Origin: Squalus acanthias
Lineage: Eukaryota
Assembly (NCBI GenBank): GCA_030390025.1
Contig: CM059425.1
Location: 174,470,001 to 174,534,000 of the forward strand
Length of the DNA stretch: 64,000 nt
Direction: 5' to 3'
Below, piece after piece: positions 12,085-23,710 of this stretch (within the stretch, counting starts at the first letter, position 1; each line of letters begins with the position of its first letter). A program made the position numbers and the translations under genes. The notes beneath the pieces were generated by a model. That model was given only the letters and a program-made list of their open reading frames with translations, was not told where the DNA came from and ran no database searches.

Positions 12085-12968
12085 GGGGGAAAAATTCAGT
12101 TGGTTGCGCCTCCCGTTAGCGCCTTACGAGGGCGCTAATGGGGCGCAAAGCTTCTAGCGCCCAGGCGCGGCGATGTTTGCGCCGCTCGCGAAATTAACTA
12201 GACATTTTGCGGCGGCGCTAAACACGACCGCCACGATCTCCTGCGCCGGAAGATCGTGACGTCAGTTGAGTGCGCAACGCCCCGGTATCGCCCCGGAGCA
12301 GATATTGAGTGGCGCCCCCTGCCTTACCGCCTGACGCTAGCAACGACAGGTTGAGGGGAGCGAATTGCAGTCATGAAGGGACTGGGGGAGCGCTATTTAA
12401 AGGCTTCCTGCCTTTTATTGTTGGTGCCATTTTTGAACCACGCATTCTGAGAGAGAGAGAGAGACTTCTGGAGAGATTCAACGCTGTGTGAAGGAGTTTT
12501 GGGTACTGAGCAGCACTTTGCAGGTTCATTTTGATTTGCCATTCCTTGTATCGATTTAGAAGAGACTGTGGGGGCTGCACTCTAAGCTCTTTCCCTGGTA
12601 CTCTCCATTGTTCTTTCCAGCAGATTTGATGTGCAAGTCTCTCCAGGCAGAGATTCAAGGCTGCAATGAGCAGGATGTGGATGGAAAGCAAGATCAACCA
12701 TCCCCTTTAAGAACTGGCCGGTGCCATTGTGTGTGTGTTCCATTGCTGACTGACATCACATGAGCTTCGCCAGCGCTCTGAGGTAGTGCCTCGCTCCTCG
12801 GCCTTTGCGCCTTAAGACAAGTGTGAAGCGCCTGATTTAGCGCTCCAATCACCTCCAGGGGCGATAAAAGTCAAGTTTGCAGTCGGTGGCGATAATTAGC
12901 GCCAGGCGCTAATCTTTGCGCCCGGCCGATAATTGCGCCCCAAATGGGCGATACTGAATTTCTCCCCC
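12085..12968. mobile_element. Harbinger-type MITE, CpG-rich arms
   Basis: TIR GGGGGAAAAATTCAGT versus right-end reverse complement GGGGGAGAAATTCAGT. ATA on both flanks (12082-12084, 12969-12971). Confidence 0.8.
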
Positions 12969-13299
12969 ATAGAATCATAGAATTTTACAACACAGAAGGC
13001 TAATTATCCTATTGTGTTTACATTGGTTCTTCCATTCCACTGCCCTTTTGCAACATCCTTTAAATTTTTCTTTATATCTTTATCCATTTCCCTTTCAAAG
13101 TTATTATAGCGTCTGCTTCCACCACTGTTTCTGACAGGGCATTCTAGGTCCGAATAACCCTCTGTATTTTAAATGGACACTACTTCAAGTTTCAGGATGC
13201 CATCAATAAATGAAGATGTTAAAATCAAAGAAGTATGATAAAATGATAAAAAAAGAGAATATAAGAAAATAAGGAAAGAGGGGGATCAGGAAAGCAAGG

Positions 13300-13930
13300 A
13301 AAGTAGGAGGAGGGAATCACAAAATGTATGAAAACCAGTAAAGTATTCTACAATTATATAATAAAAAGAGAATTGTTAAATGCGGTGGGAGTCCAGAGAG
13401 GAGAGGATAGTGAGTTAGTATAATATAAATGGAAATTGGCTGAGATACTTAACAAGTACTTTGTATCAAAGCAAGAGTTTGGGGAGGAAGTAAATCCTGA
13501 ATTGATTAAAAGCAAAATGAGAGATATTATAATTAATAAAAGGAAAGTATTACAGAAGCTAGTTAAATTAAGAAAGACAAAGTGCCAGGACCTGACGGGA
13601 TACATCCAAGCATCCTGAAGGAAATGGGGAAGGACCTGGAAATTATATTCAGGGTCTGTTGAGAGTAGATGTGTACTGGAGGAGTAAATGTAACGCCCAT
13701 TTTCAAAAAGAGAGACAGAGCAAACCAAGGTAATTACAGGCTGCTTAGTTTAACATCTGTAAGAGAGAAATTTTTGAATCTTTAATTAAAGATGAAATTA
13801 CTAAATATTTAGATGAAGAGCAAATAATTATAAACAGCCAATACAGATTTCAAAAAGGAAAATTGTGCATGACAAACCTGATGGAGTTCTTTCAGAAGGT
13901 GATATGGTGGACGGGAGAAATGTGGTAAAT
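13300..13930 (+). mobile_element. Highly degenerate CR1 ORF2 fragment
   Basis: MAEILNKYFVS and remnants of the NYRPVSLTS and CLTNLMEFF motifs, with many disruptions. Confidence 0.65.
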
Positions 13931-13944
13931 GGGGCGGGGGAAGG

Positions 13945-14580
13945 TCTCTATCCAGTCCTGGATGAGCAGAAATTTCCTCCAATTAAACATCAGGAAGACT
14001 GAAGCTATTGTCTTCGGCCCCTGCCACGAACTCCCTAGCCATCGATTCCATCCACCCTCTTGGTCACTGTCTCAGGCTGAACCAGATATTTGCAACCTCA
14101 GCGTCCTATTTGACCATGAGCTGAGTTCCGACCCCATATCCTCTCCATCACAAATACCACCTACTTCCACCTCCGTAATACTGCCCGTCTCCTCCCCTGT
14201 GTCAACCTATCTGCTGCTGAAACCCATATCCATGCTTTTGTCACCTCCAGCCTCAACTATTCCAATGCTCTCCTAGCCAGCCTCCCATCTTCCACCCTCC
14301 ATAAACTTAAGCTCATCCACAACTCTGCTGCCCATATATTAACTCGCACCAAGCCCCACCCCATTCACCCAGCACCCTGCGCTCGCTGGCCTATATTGGC
14401 TCCCGGTCCAGCAACGCCTCGAGTTTAAAATTCTCCTTGTCATGTTCAAACCCTCCATGGCCTTGTCCCTTCCTATCTCTGCAACCTCCTCCAGCCCTAC
14501 AATTCTCCAAGATTCTTCCAATTCTGGCCTCTTATGCATCCCCTACTTCCTTCTCCCTACCATTGGTGGCTGTGTCTAAG
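13945..14580 (+). mobile_element. L2 LINE ORF2 C-terminal fragment
   Basis: IQSWMSRNFLQLNIRKTEAIVFGP and YWLPVQQRLEFKI-type motifs typical of L2. Confidence 0.75.
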
Positions 14581-15237
14581 CTCTGATTAGTTTTCAATTG
14601 CTCTAGCAAAGAGCTGGCGCAGACACAATGGGACAAATAGCCTCCTTCTGTGCTGTAAACTTATATGGTTCTTCCTAACGCCTTCTTTGAGTCTTTCTAC
14701 TAGTCAGTACCATCAACCCAAGTCCCATGCTGTAAAACAATCAAATTCTTAGGTATATCTCGTCCCTTCTTTTTAGTTCTCTTCTTTTTGGTGGATCACC
14801 ATCATTACCCATTCAAGGTGGTGAGCAGGCAAGCTGATGCCAGTCTTCAGCAGGTTTTAGCTGATCTTTAAAAGACTCCCCTTCAAATTATCCCTCCGCA
14901 TCTATGGGGGAAGTATTTAGCCTTACTCTGTAGTTTCCCTTGGTCATAGTGCAAAGCTTAAGAATGTACACTGTGAAGAATAGTTCCTATAAACCTGCCT
15001 TTTGATACACAATGGCACAGTTTGCTGGCAAATCACATCCACTATGAATTTACAGTGTTTAGCTTCATTTACCCCGACTCTGTGCTTACCTTTCACATTA
15101 CAGCTATAGTAGGATAGAAAACCAATCTATTTCCACATGAGCAACAAAGAGGGAATTATAGTTTAAACCAGAATTCTGCTATTTTGCATTAAGTGGTCAA
15201 AACCAAGTATTACTTCAAAACAATTTGTAAACATTGA

Positions 15238-15485
15238 TACAAAAGCAAAATACTGCAGATGCTGGAAATCTGAAATAAAAACAGAAAATGCTGGAAATAC
15301 TCAGCAGGTCAGGCAGCATCTGTGGAGAGAGAAACAGAGTTAACGTTTCAGGTCAATGACCTTTCGTCAGAACTGGAAAAAGTTAGAGATGTAACAGGTT
15401 TCAAGCAAGTACAGAGGCAGGGAAAGGGGGATGGGAGGAAAGAACAAAAGGGAAGGTCTGCAATAGGGAGGAAGGCAGGAGAGAT
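15238..15485 (-). mobile_element. Penelope-like element 3' end fragment
   Basis: Reverse-complement homolog of about 29960-30188, the non-coding tail behind the GIY-YIG ORF. Interrupted by the Harbinger at 15486. Confidence 0.8.
15338..15374 (-). ncRNA. Minimal hammerhead ribozyme motif in Penelope tail
   Basis: Minus strand reads AGTT-CTGACGA-A-AGGTC(ATT)GACCT-GAAA-CG-TT-AACT. Confidence 0.7.
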
Positions 15486-15795
15486 GGGGCTTAAAGTTGG
15501 ATACGGCCACAAAACGGGCCAACGATGTTAAGCTGCACCAAGTCAAAATGGTCTTGGTAGAATGCAAAATTCATGCTCAGTCCTCTAACATGATTATAAT
15601 CTTGATCTCATCATTAAAACAGCTGCTCATGGGCTTCCCACTCAACAGGTGGGCCAATATCGGGTCCATTCTAATTCCCAGTCATGTTTGGCACAGGCTT
15701 TATTCAGTACTTAAAGGGGAGGTGCATTGATGCTACAGCAACTCATTGTCAATCCATTTACAACTTCACCTGGAAGAAGACGGCAGTGGAAGCAG

Positions 15796-17701
15796 ATGTC
15801 TGAGCCTCAGCACAGGGAGTGAGCCCGCAGATTCTCAGACGCAGCTCTTGAGGCACAGGTGGTGGCCGTGGTGAGGAGGCGGGCTGTCCTCTTCCCACAG
15901 ACTGGCAGGAAGCCCTCGCTCCATACATCTCAAAGGCTCTGGCAGGAGATAACCAGCTATGTGATGGCCAGCACTGTGGTCCCCAACTCAGCGATCCAGT
16001 GCCGCATGAAGTTTAATGGCCTTATATGGCAGGTCAAGGTGAGTGAAGGATTCAGCAAATGCCATATCCCACCATCTGCACCACAAGCCTCACACACTGC
16101 TCAATGCACCACACCTGCATACCAACAATCTCTACCTATCACCACTCACACCTCACAATCATAGCTTCACTTCACCCTCACAACCTTACCACTGCTACAA
16201 CACTCACACCCACATCTCAAACCTTGCACACATTGACAGCTATTCAACTATGGCAGGCACATCACCCAAACACATTGCACCACACTCACTCACACACTTC
16301 CTTTCTCTTGCAGGCCAAGGGAACGCATAACAGGAGGGAGCAGCAGCAAACAGGCAGAGGGCAAGCTGCCATCCGGGACCTCAGCCAACTGGAGGAGCGA
16401 GTGCTGGAGAGCATTGGGCAGCAGATCATGGGGGTCGTGGCAACCGGCGAGGTTGAAGTTCTTGGAGACAACAACAGTATGCTCAATCCCAATCCTTCTT
16501 CTCATATCCCACTTCTCTCTCATCCCACAATCTCTTCTCACTTTCAAGTTGCTGATGCTGTATGCTTGCATACCTTGCTTTCCTCCCCCCTCCCCTCACC
16601 ATAACCCGACTCTTGTGCCTTTCTGCTTTCAGCTAATCAAGAACAAGCACCAGACCAGCCTGTCCCCAAGGCAATGGGGGAGAGCGAGGGGGAAGGAGAA
16701 GACGACACAGCGTCACTGCATTTGTCACTTGCAGACACCAGCTCAGAAACTGGTACTGCGTGTACTTTAGAGGCTAGTGTAGAAGCGGGATCTGCACAGG
16801 GTGAGGCACCGGGCACGAGTGGGCTGCAGCAAGGCCAGGGGGAAAGTGTAGCCCAGGGGCCAGCTCTCCGGAGGGTGAGTTCACACGCGAGTTCTACTGC
16901 ACAGGACTCAGATGAGGACCTCGATGTGGCGGCCTTCAGAAGAAGGGTGATGGGCTTGCATACCGAATTGCTAGGTGCAATGGCAAGCCTGCCAGAGAGC
17001 CTCTTGGCAATGTCAAGAAGCATGGAGGAGTCAGGCTCCAACATTGTACGGGGCTCTGCGCAGAGCTTGGAGCCCAGGATTTCCAGGCTGGAATGATGCA
17101 AAACTCCCGAAGAGACCGTGTCGACCCAGACATGATGCTGCGTGTGATGGGCGATGGCGCGGCTTCCACTGCAGCACAGGCGGAAGTGACCCAACATCTT
17201 AGTGCTGCAGCAGAAGTGCAGACCGCTCTCATGCACTCTCAGCTTGCTGCCACCCAAGCTCAGACTGTTGCCATCGTGGCTGGGTTTACCATTGTCGACC
17301 AGGGCTTGCAGGGTGTCGCAGCAACATCGCAATCTGTGCTCCAACAGATTGCTAGGGATGCTGAGGCTCTGCCCTGGGTGAGTGGCAGTGGGTCTGTGGA
17401 GCAGGATCCTGCTGTCCTCTCTGAGAATGACAGCATTCATGTTCCCACCACTGCCACTCCGCCATTGCCCTTGCCGCTGCCTGTCAGCCAGCCAGCCAGA
17501 CTGCTGCCGCCCATGCCGAGGTGGTGCAGTCTACAGTTGGGCCTTCTAGGGTCAGAGCTGCTCGAGGTTGTCCTGCAAGGCTATCTGAAGTCTCCCCCAT
17601 TGAAACTCAGCAGCCTTCCACCAGCCATGCTGCAGCTACTGGGGGAGCACTTCGTAGGAGGACTAGATCAGGAAAGGGCACCTGAACAACAGAGACACTA
17701 A
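15796..17701 (+). pseudogene. Harbinger Myb/SANT-like (trihelix) DNA-binding protein gene, 3 exons: 15796-16038, 16314-16476, 16633 to about 17700
   Basis: MSEPQHRE*ARRFSDAALE...LWQEI...QCRMKFNGLIWQVK|gtgagt, then cag|AKGTHNRREQQQTGRG...LSQLEERVLESIG...|gtatgc, then ttcag|exon 3 in frame with ORF 16674. Early TGA (likely CGA decay) and a frameshift near 17095. Confidence 0.8.
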
Positions 17702-17889
17702 GGGATTGCACAAGGGTGATTAGTTGATATCGTATGTGTCAATTTATTTTTGATAAATTTATTAATTTTGTTTGGAATCTTTTGTGGTGGCTCTTATTTC
17801 AGCTTTGTGCCCAGGAGGATGCTGTGATATTCCGTGACAGAGGGCTGGTATGATGGGGATGTGGTGAGCAACGGGAATCTGGGGTTTCA

Positions 17890-18509
17890 TTCATTGGAAT
17901 CAGAGTCTGATGAGGCGTTCACGGACAGCCCGTCCGAAAGGGGGATTGGCTGCCTGCCTCCTCCATTCCTCCTCATCCTTTTCCTCTTGCTCATCTTCCT
18001 CCTCCTCCTCCTCCACCTCTTCCTCGTCCTCCTCCTGAGGTGGTCCCACAATCCCTGGTGGTAAGGGCTGCGCCTTCATGATGGCCAAGTTGTGAAGCAT
18101 CCATCAGAGCACCACGAAATGGGAAACCCACTCCACCGAGTACTGGAGGGTTCCTCCCGAGCAGTCAAGGCAGTGGAACCATTGCTTCAGTAGCCCGATG
18201 GTCTGCTCGATGATGTTCCTAGTGGAAGCATGGCTCTCATTATATGAGTGCTGGACACGAGTGGTGGGGTTGCGGAGGGGAGTCATCAGCCAGATGGAGA
18301 GTGGATAGCCCTGGTCTCCAAGCAGCCACCCTCGAGTTTCATGTGGTGGCTGGAAGATTGCACACAGGATGAAGGAATCATGGCTGCTGCCAGGATAGCG
18401 GGCATTGACCATCAGGAAGCGCTGGGCGTGGTCGCACACCAACTGCACATTCACTGAGTGGTAGCCTTTGCGGTTACAGAACATTTCAGGATTGTTATGC
18501 AGCGCCCGC
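17890..18509 (-). pseudogene. Harbinger DDE transposase, C-terminal half
   Basis: Motifs NRKGYHSVNVQLVCD, YPGSSHDSFIL, GWLLGDQGYPL, YNESHASTRNIIEQTIGLLK and LHNLAI, then an acidic tail. Has an in-frame stop and the N-terminal half is missing. Confidence 0.9.
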
Positions 18510-21500
18510 TAGGACAAATAAAATTAGAGAGTTAAATGAGTGGCTCAAAGTCTGGTGTGGGAGAAATGGGTTTTGCTTCCTGGGACACTGGCACCAGTAC
18601 TGGGTCAGGAGGGAGCTGTTCCGTTGGGACGGGCTTCACTTGGCCAGTGCTGGGACTAGAGTCCTGGCGGATCATATAACTAGGGCTGTAGAGAGGGCTT
18701 TAAACTAACTAGTGGGGGGGAGGTTCCAAGAGAGCAAATAATAAAAATGACAACAGAGAAGGTCATAGACTTAGGTAGCAGTGGGGAAATTAAAAACCAG
18801 AGTGTGTCAGGAAGGGGCAGAAGGTATGGAGTAAAAGGTAAAGTAATAAAAAGGGCAAAAGCAGGAACTAAGTGTCAGAAAACATATTTGAAAGTTCTCT
18901 ATCTGAATGCACGTAGCATTCGTAACAAAATAGACGAGTTAATGGCACAAATAACTACATATGGGTATGATCTTGTAGCCATTACAGAAACATGGCTGCA
19001 GGGTGACAATGCCTGGGAATTAAACATACCAGGTTATTTAACGATCAGGAAGGACAGGCAGGAAGGAAGGGGAGGTGGGGTGGCTATGTTAATAAAAGAA
19101 GGAATCACTGTAATACAGAGAAATGATATTGGGTCAAAAGATCAGGATAATGAAACAGTTTGGGTGGAGATAAGGAATAATAAGGGGAAAAAAACACTAG
19201 TGGGCGTAGTGTATAGGCCTCTGAATAGTTGCAACTCTGTTGGACGGAGTATCAATCAGGAAATAGTTGAGGCTTGTAATAAGGGAACATCTATAATTAT
19301 GGGGGATTTTAACTATCATATTAATTGGACAAATCAAATTGGGCAGGGCTGCCTTGAGGATCAGTTCATTGAGTGTATTAGGGATGGGTTTCTTGAGCAG
19401 TATGTAACTGAACCGACCAGGGGGCAAGCAACCTTAAATCTGGTCCTGTGTAACGAGACAGGATTAATTAAAAATGTCCTAGTAAAGGATCCCCTTGGAA
19501 TGAGTGACCATAACATGGTTGGATTCCATATTCAATTAGAGGGTGAGAAGGTTGGATCTCAAACAAGCGTGCTAAGCTTGAATAAAGGAGACTATGAAGG
19601 TATGCAAGCGGAATTTAGTAGAGTGGATTGGGAAAATAGATTAAAGGGTAAGACGATACATGATCAGTGGTGTACATTTAAGGAGTAATTTTACAACTTC
19701 CAAAAAAATATATTCCACTAAGAAAAGGGTGTAAAAGAAAAGACAGTCATCCATGCTAAGTAAAGAAATTAAGGATAGTATTCGACTAAAAACAAGGACT
19801 TATAAGGTAGCCAAATCTAGTGGGAGGATAGAGGATTGGGAAAACTTTAAAAGACAGCAAAAAATAACAAAAAGATTGATTAAGAAAGGGAAGATAGATT
19901 ATGAAAGTAAATTAGCAAAAAATATAAAAACAGATAGTAAAAGTTTTTATAGTTATATAAAAAGAAAAAGGGTGGCTAAAGTAAATGTTGGTCCCTTAGA
20001 GGATGAGACCGGGAAATTAATAGTGGGAAATATGGAGATGGCAAATACACTGAATATTTTGTATCAGTCTTTACAGTAGAGGACACTAAGAATATCCCAA
20101 CACTGGACAAACAGGGGGCTATAGGGGGGGGGAGGAGCTAAACACGATCAAAATCACTAAGGAAGTGGTACTCGGTAAAATAATGAGACTCAAGGCGGAT
20201 AAATCACCTGGACCTGATGGCTTACATCCTAGGGTCTTGAGGGAAGTGGCGGTAGGGATTGTGGATGCATTGGTAATAATTTTCCAAAACACCCTGGACT
20301 CAGCAAAGATCCCGGCAGACTGGAAAACTGCTAATGTAACACCCTTATTTAAAAAGGGCAGTAGACAGAAGGCTGGAAACTATAGACCGGTTAGCCTAAC
20401 ATCTATGGTAGGTAAAATTTTGGAGTCCATTATTAAGGAGACAGTAACGGGACATTTGGATAATCATAATTTAATAGGACAAAGTCAGCATGGTTTTATG
20501 AAGGGGAAGTCATGTTTGACAAATTTGCTGGAGTTCTTTGAGGAAGTAACACACAGGGTGGATAAAGGGGAACCAGTGGATGTGGTGTATTTAGACTTCC
20601 AAAAGGCATTTGACAAGGTGCCACACAAGATTATTGCTTAAGATAAAAAATCACGGGATTGGGGGTAATATTCTGGCATGGATAGAGGATTGGCTATCTA
20701 ACAGAAGGCAGAGAGTTGGGATAAATGGTTCATTCTCAGACTGGCAATCAGTAACTAGTGGTGTTCCGCAGGGGTCAGTGCTGGGTCCCCAACACTTTAC
20801 AATCTATATTAACGATTTGGAGGAGGGGACCGAGTGTAACATATCAAAGTTTGCAGATGATACTAAGATGGGAGGGAAAGTAGTGAGTGAGGAGGACATA
20901 AAAAATCTGCAAGGGGACATAGACAGGCTAAGTAAGTGGGCAGAGATTTGGCAGATGGAATACAATACTGGAAAGTGTGAGGTTATGCACTTTGGCAGTA
21001 AAAATAGTAGAGCAAGTTATTATCTTAATGGCAAGAAACTGGAAAGTACTGAAGTACAAAGGGATCTGGGGGTCCTGGTGCACGAAACTCAAAAGGTTAG
21101 TATGCAGGTGCAGCAAGTGATTAAGAAGGCCAATGGAATGTTGGCTTTCATTGCTAAGGGGATAGAATATAAAAATAGGGAGGTATTGCTTCAGTTGTAC
21201 AAGGTATTGGTGAGACCGCACCTGGAATACTGCATACAGTTTTGGTGTCCATACTTAAGAAAAGACATACTTGCTCTCGAGTCAGTACAAAGAAGGTTCA
21301 CTCGGTTAATCTCGGGGATGAACATATGAGGAGAGGTTGGGTAGATTGGGACTCTACTCATTGGAGTTCAGAAGAATGAGAGGCGATCTTATTGAAACAT
21401 ATAAGATTGTGAAGGGGTTGGATCGGGTGGATGCGGGGAGGATGTTCCCGATGATGGGTGAAACTAGAACTAGGGGGCATAGTCTTAGAATAAGGGGCTG

Positions 21501-21913
21501 CTCTTTCAAAACTGAGATGAGAAGGAACTACTTCACTCAGAGGGTGGTAGGTCCATGGAATATGCTGCCCCAGAAAGCTGTAGAAGCTACATCATTACAT
21601 AAATTTAAAACAGAAATAGACAGTTTCCTAGCAGTAAAGGGAATTAAGGGTTACGGGGAGCGGGCAGGAATTTGGACATGAGTCTAGGTTCGGATCGGTC
21701 ATGGCCCTGTGGGTAGCGTAGCGGGCCCAGGGGCCGTGTAGCCTGATCTTGCTCCTATTTTGTGTGTCCAATTCTGTTAGGTTCAGGAGATGGTTCTGTG
21801 ATAGTAGATTGGCGGTTAGGATCAGATCAGCCATGATCTTATTGAATGGCGGAGCAGGCTCGAGGGGCCAATTGGCCTACTCCTGCTCCTATTTCTTATG
21901 TTCTTATGTTCTT
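18510..21913 (+). mobile_element. CR1 LINE family B, ORF1 3' end plus near-complete ORF2 (EN+RT) plus 3' UTR
   Basis: ORF1 SGNH-esterase tail WLKVWCGRNGFCFLGHW...DGLHL (18510-18703). EN motifs YLNARSI, ITETWL, GDFN and SDH, and RT motifs YLDFQKAFDKV, PQGSVLGP and FADD. A few frameshifts and stops, (TTCTTATG)n tail. Confidence 0.95.
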
Positions 21914-23710
21914 AGGCAGTGTATAAATCAGGAAATTAGAGGTGCATGCAACAAGGGTAATACAGTAAACATGGGGAACTTTAATCTTCATATAGACTGA
22001 GCAAACCAAATTTGAAGAATTAGTGTAGAGGATGAGTTCATGGAATGTATTCAAGATAGTTTTCTAGATCAGTATGTCAAGGTAACAACAAGGGAACAGG
22101 CTATTTTACATCTAGTATCGTGCAAGAAGAAAGGGTTAATTTACAACCATGTAGTAAAGGAGCCTCTGGGGAAGAGTGATCATAACATGATAGAATTATA
22201 TATTGAGTTTGAGAGTGATTTAGTTGAGAGTGATTTAATTCTCTAGATTCTAGAACGGTGCCCGTGGATTGGAAGGTAGCAAACGTAACCCCACTATTCA
22301 AAAGGAGGAAGAGAGAAAACAGGGAACTATAGACCAGTTAGTCTGACATCAGTAGAAGGGAAAATGTAATAATTTATTATTAGGGACATGGTAACACGGC
22401 ACTTGGAAAATCAGAAGAACATTGGGCAAAGTCAACATGGATTTATGAAAGGGAAATTGTGTTTGACAAATCTGTTACGAGTTTTTTGAGGTTGTAACTA
22501 GCAGGGTAAATAAAGGGAGAACCAGTGGATGTAGTGTATATGGATTTTCAAAAAGCATTCGATAAGGTGCCACACAATTATTATACAAAATTAAGGCTCA
22601 TGGGATTGAGGGTAATATATTAGCATGGATTCAGGATTGGTTAATGGACAGAAAACAGAGAGTAGGAATAAACAGATTATTTTCAGGTTGGCAGGGTGTA
22701 ACTAGTGGGGTACTGCAAGGATCAGTGCTTGGGCCTCAGCTATTTACAGTCTATATCAATGACTCAGATGAGGGAACCGAGTGTAATGTATCCAAGTTTG
22801 CTGACAATACAAAGGTAGGTGGGAAAGTAAGCTGTGAGGAGGACATAAAGAGGCTGCAAATGGAAATAGACAGGTTAAGTGAGTGAGCAAGAACATGGCA
22901 GATAGAATATAATGTGGAGAAGAGTGAAGTTATCCACTTTGGTAGGAAAAATAGATAAGCAGAATATTTTTTAAATGGTGAGAGACTAGGAAATGTTGGT
23001 ATTCAGAGGGACCTGGATGCTCTTGTACACAAATCATAGAAAGTTAATATGCAGGTACAGCAAGCAATTAGGAAAACAAATGGTATGTTAGCCTTTAGTG
23101 CAAAGGGATTGGAGTATAAGAGTAAAGAAGTCTTATTAGAATTATATAGGGCTTTGGTGAGACCACACCTGGTTTGGTCTCCTTAACTAAAGAAGGATAT
23201 ACTTGCCTTAGAGGGAGTGCAACAAAGGTTCACTAGACTGATTCCTGGGATGAGGGGATTGTCCTATGAGGAAAGATTGAGTAAACTAGGCATATATTCC
23301 CTAATGTTTAGAAGAATGAGAGCTGATCGCTTTGAAACATATAAAATTCTTAAAAGGCTTAACAGGGTAGATGCTGGTAGGATGTTTTCCCTGGCTGGGG
23401 AGTCTAGAACGAGGGGTCACAGTCTCAGAATAAGGAGTCACCCATTTAGGACTGAGTTGAGGAGAAATTTCTTCACTCAAAGGGTTGTGTATCTTTGGAA
23501 TTCTCTACCCCACAGAGGTGTGGATGCTCAGTTGTTGAGTATATTCAAGACAGAGTTTGATAGTTTTTTGGATACTAAAGGAATCAAGGGATATGGGCAT
23601 AGTGCAGAAAGGTTGAGTTGAGGTAGATGATCAGCCATGATCTTACCGAATGGCGGAGCAGGCTCGAAGGACCAAATAGCCTACTCCTGCTCCTATTTCT
23701 TATGTCCTTA
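21914..23710 (+). mobile_element. Older CR1 family B copy with an internal deletion near 22240
   Basis: The EN fragment (INQEIRGACNKG...SDHNMIE) jumps directly into the RT (VPVDWKVANVTPLF). Many stops, tail CCTACTCCTGCTCCTATTTCTTATG. Confidence 0.9.

Larger units (their letters stand above)
15486..18509 (+). mobile_element. PIF/Harbinger DNA transposon, decayed and truncated at the right end
   Basis: Begins GGGGCTTAAAGTTGG. A Myb/SANT-like gene on + converges on a HARBI1-like transposase on -. Confidence 0.9.

Noticed and set aside
16637..17440. 267-aa minus-strand ORF
   Set aside because: Antisense shadow of the GC-rich Harbinger Myb exon 3, with no recognisable domain.
17950..18040. (CCT)n-like microsatellite
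   Set aside because: It is the Glu-rich tail of the Harbinger transposase on the minus strand.
18104..18484. Possible host HARBI1 gene
   Set aside because: It is truncated, contains a stop, and is paired with a Myb gene inside a transposon structure, so it is a TE copy and not the domesticated gene.
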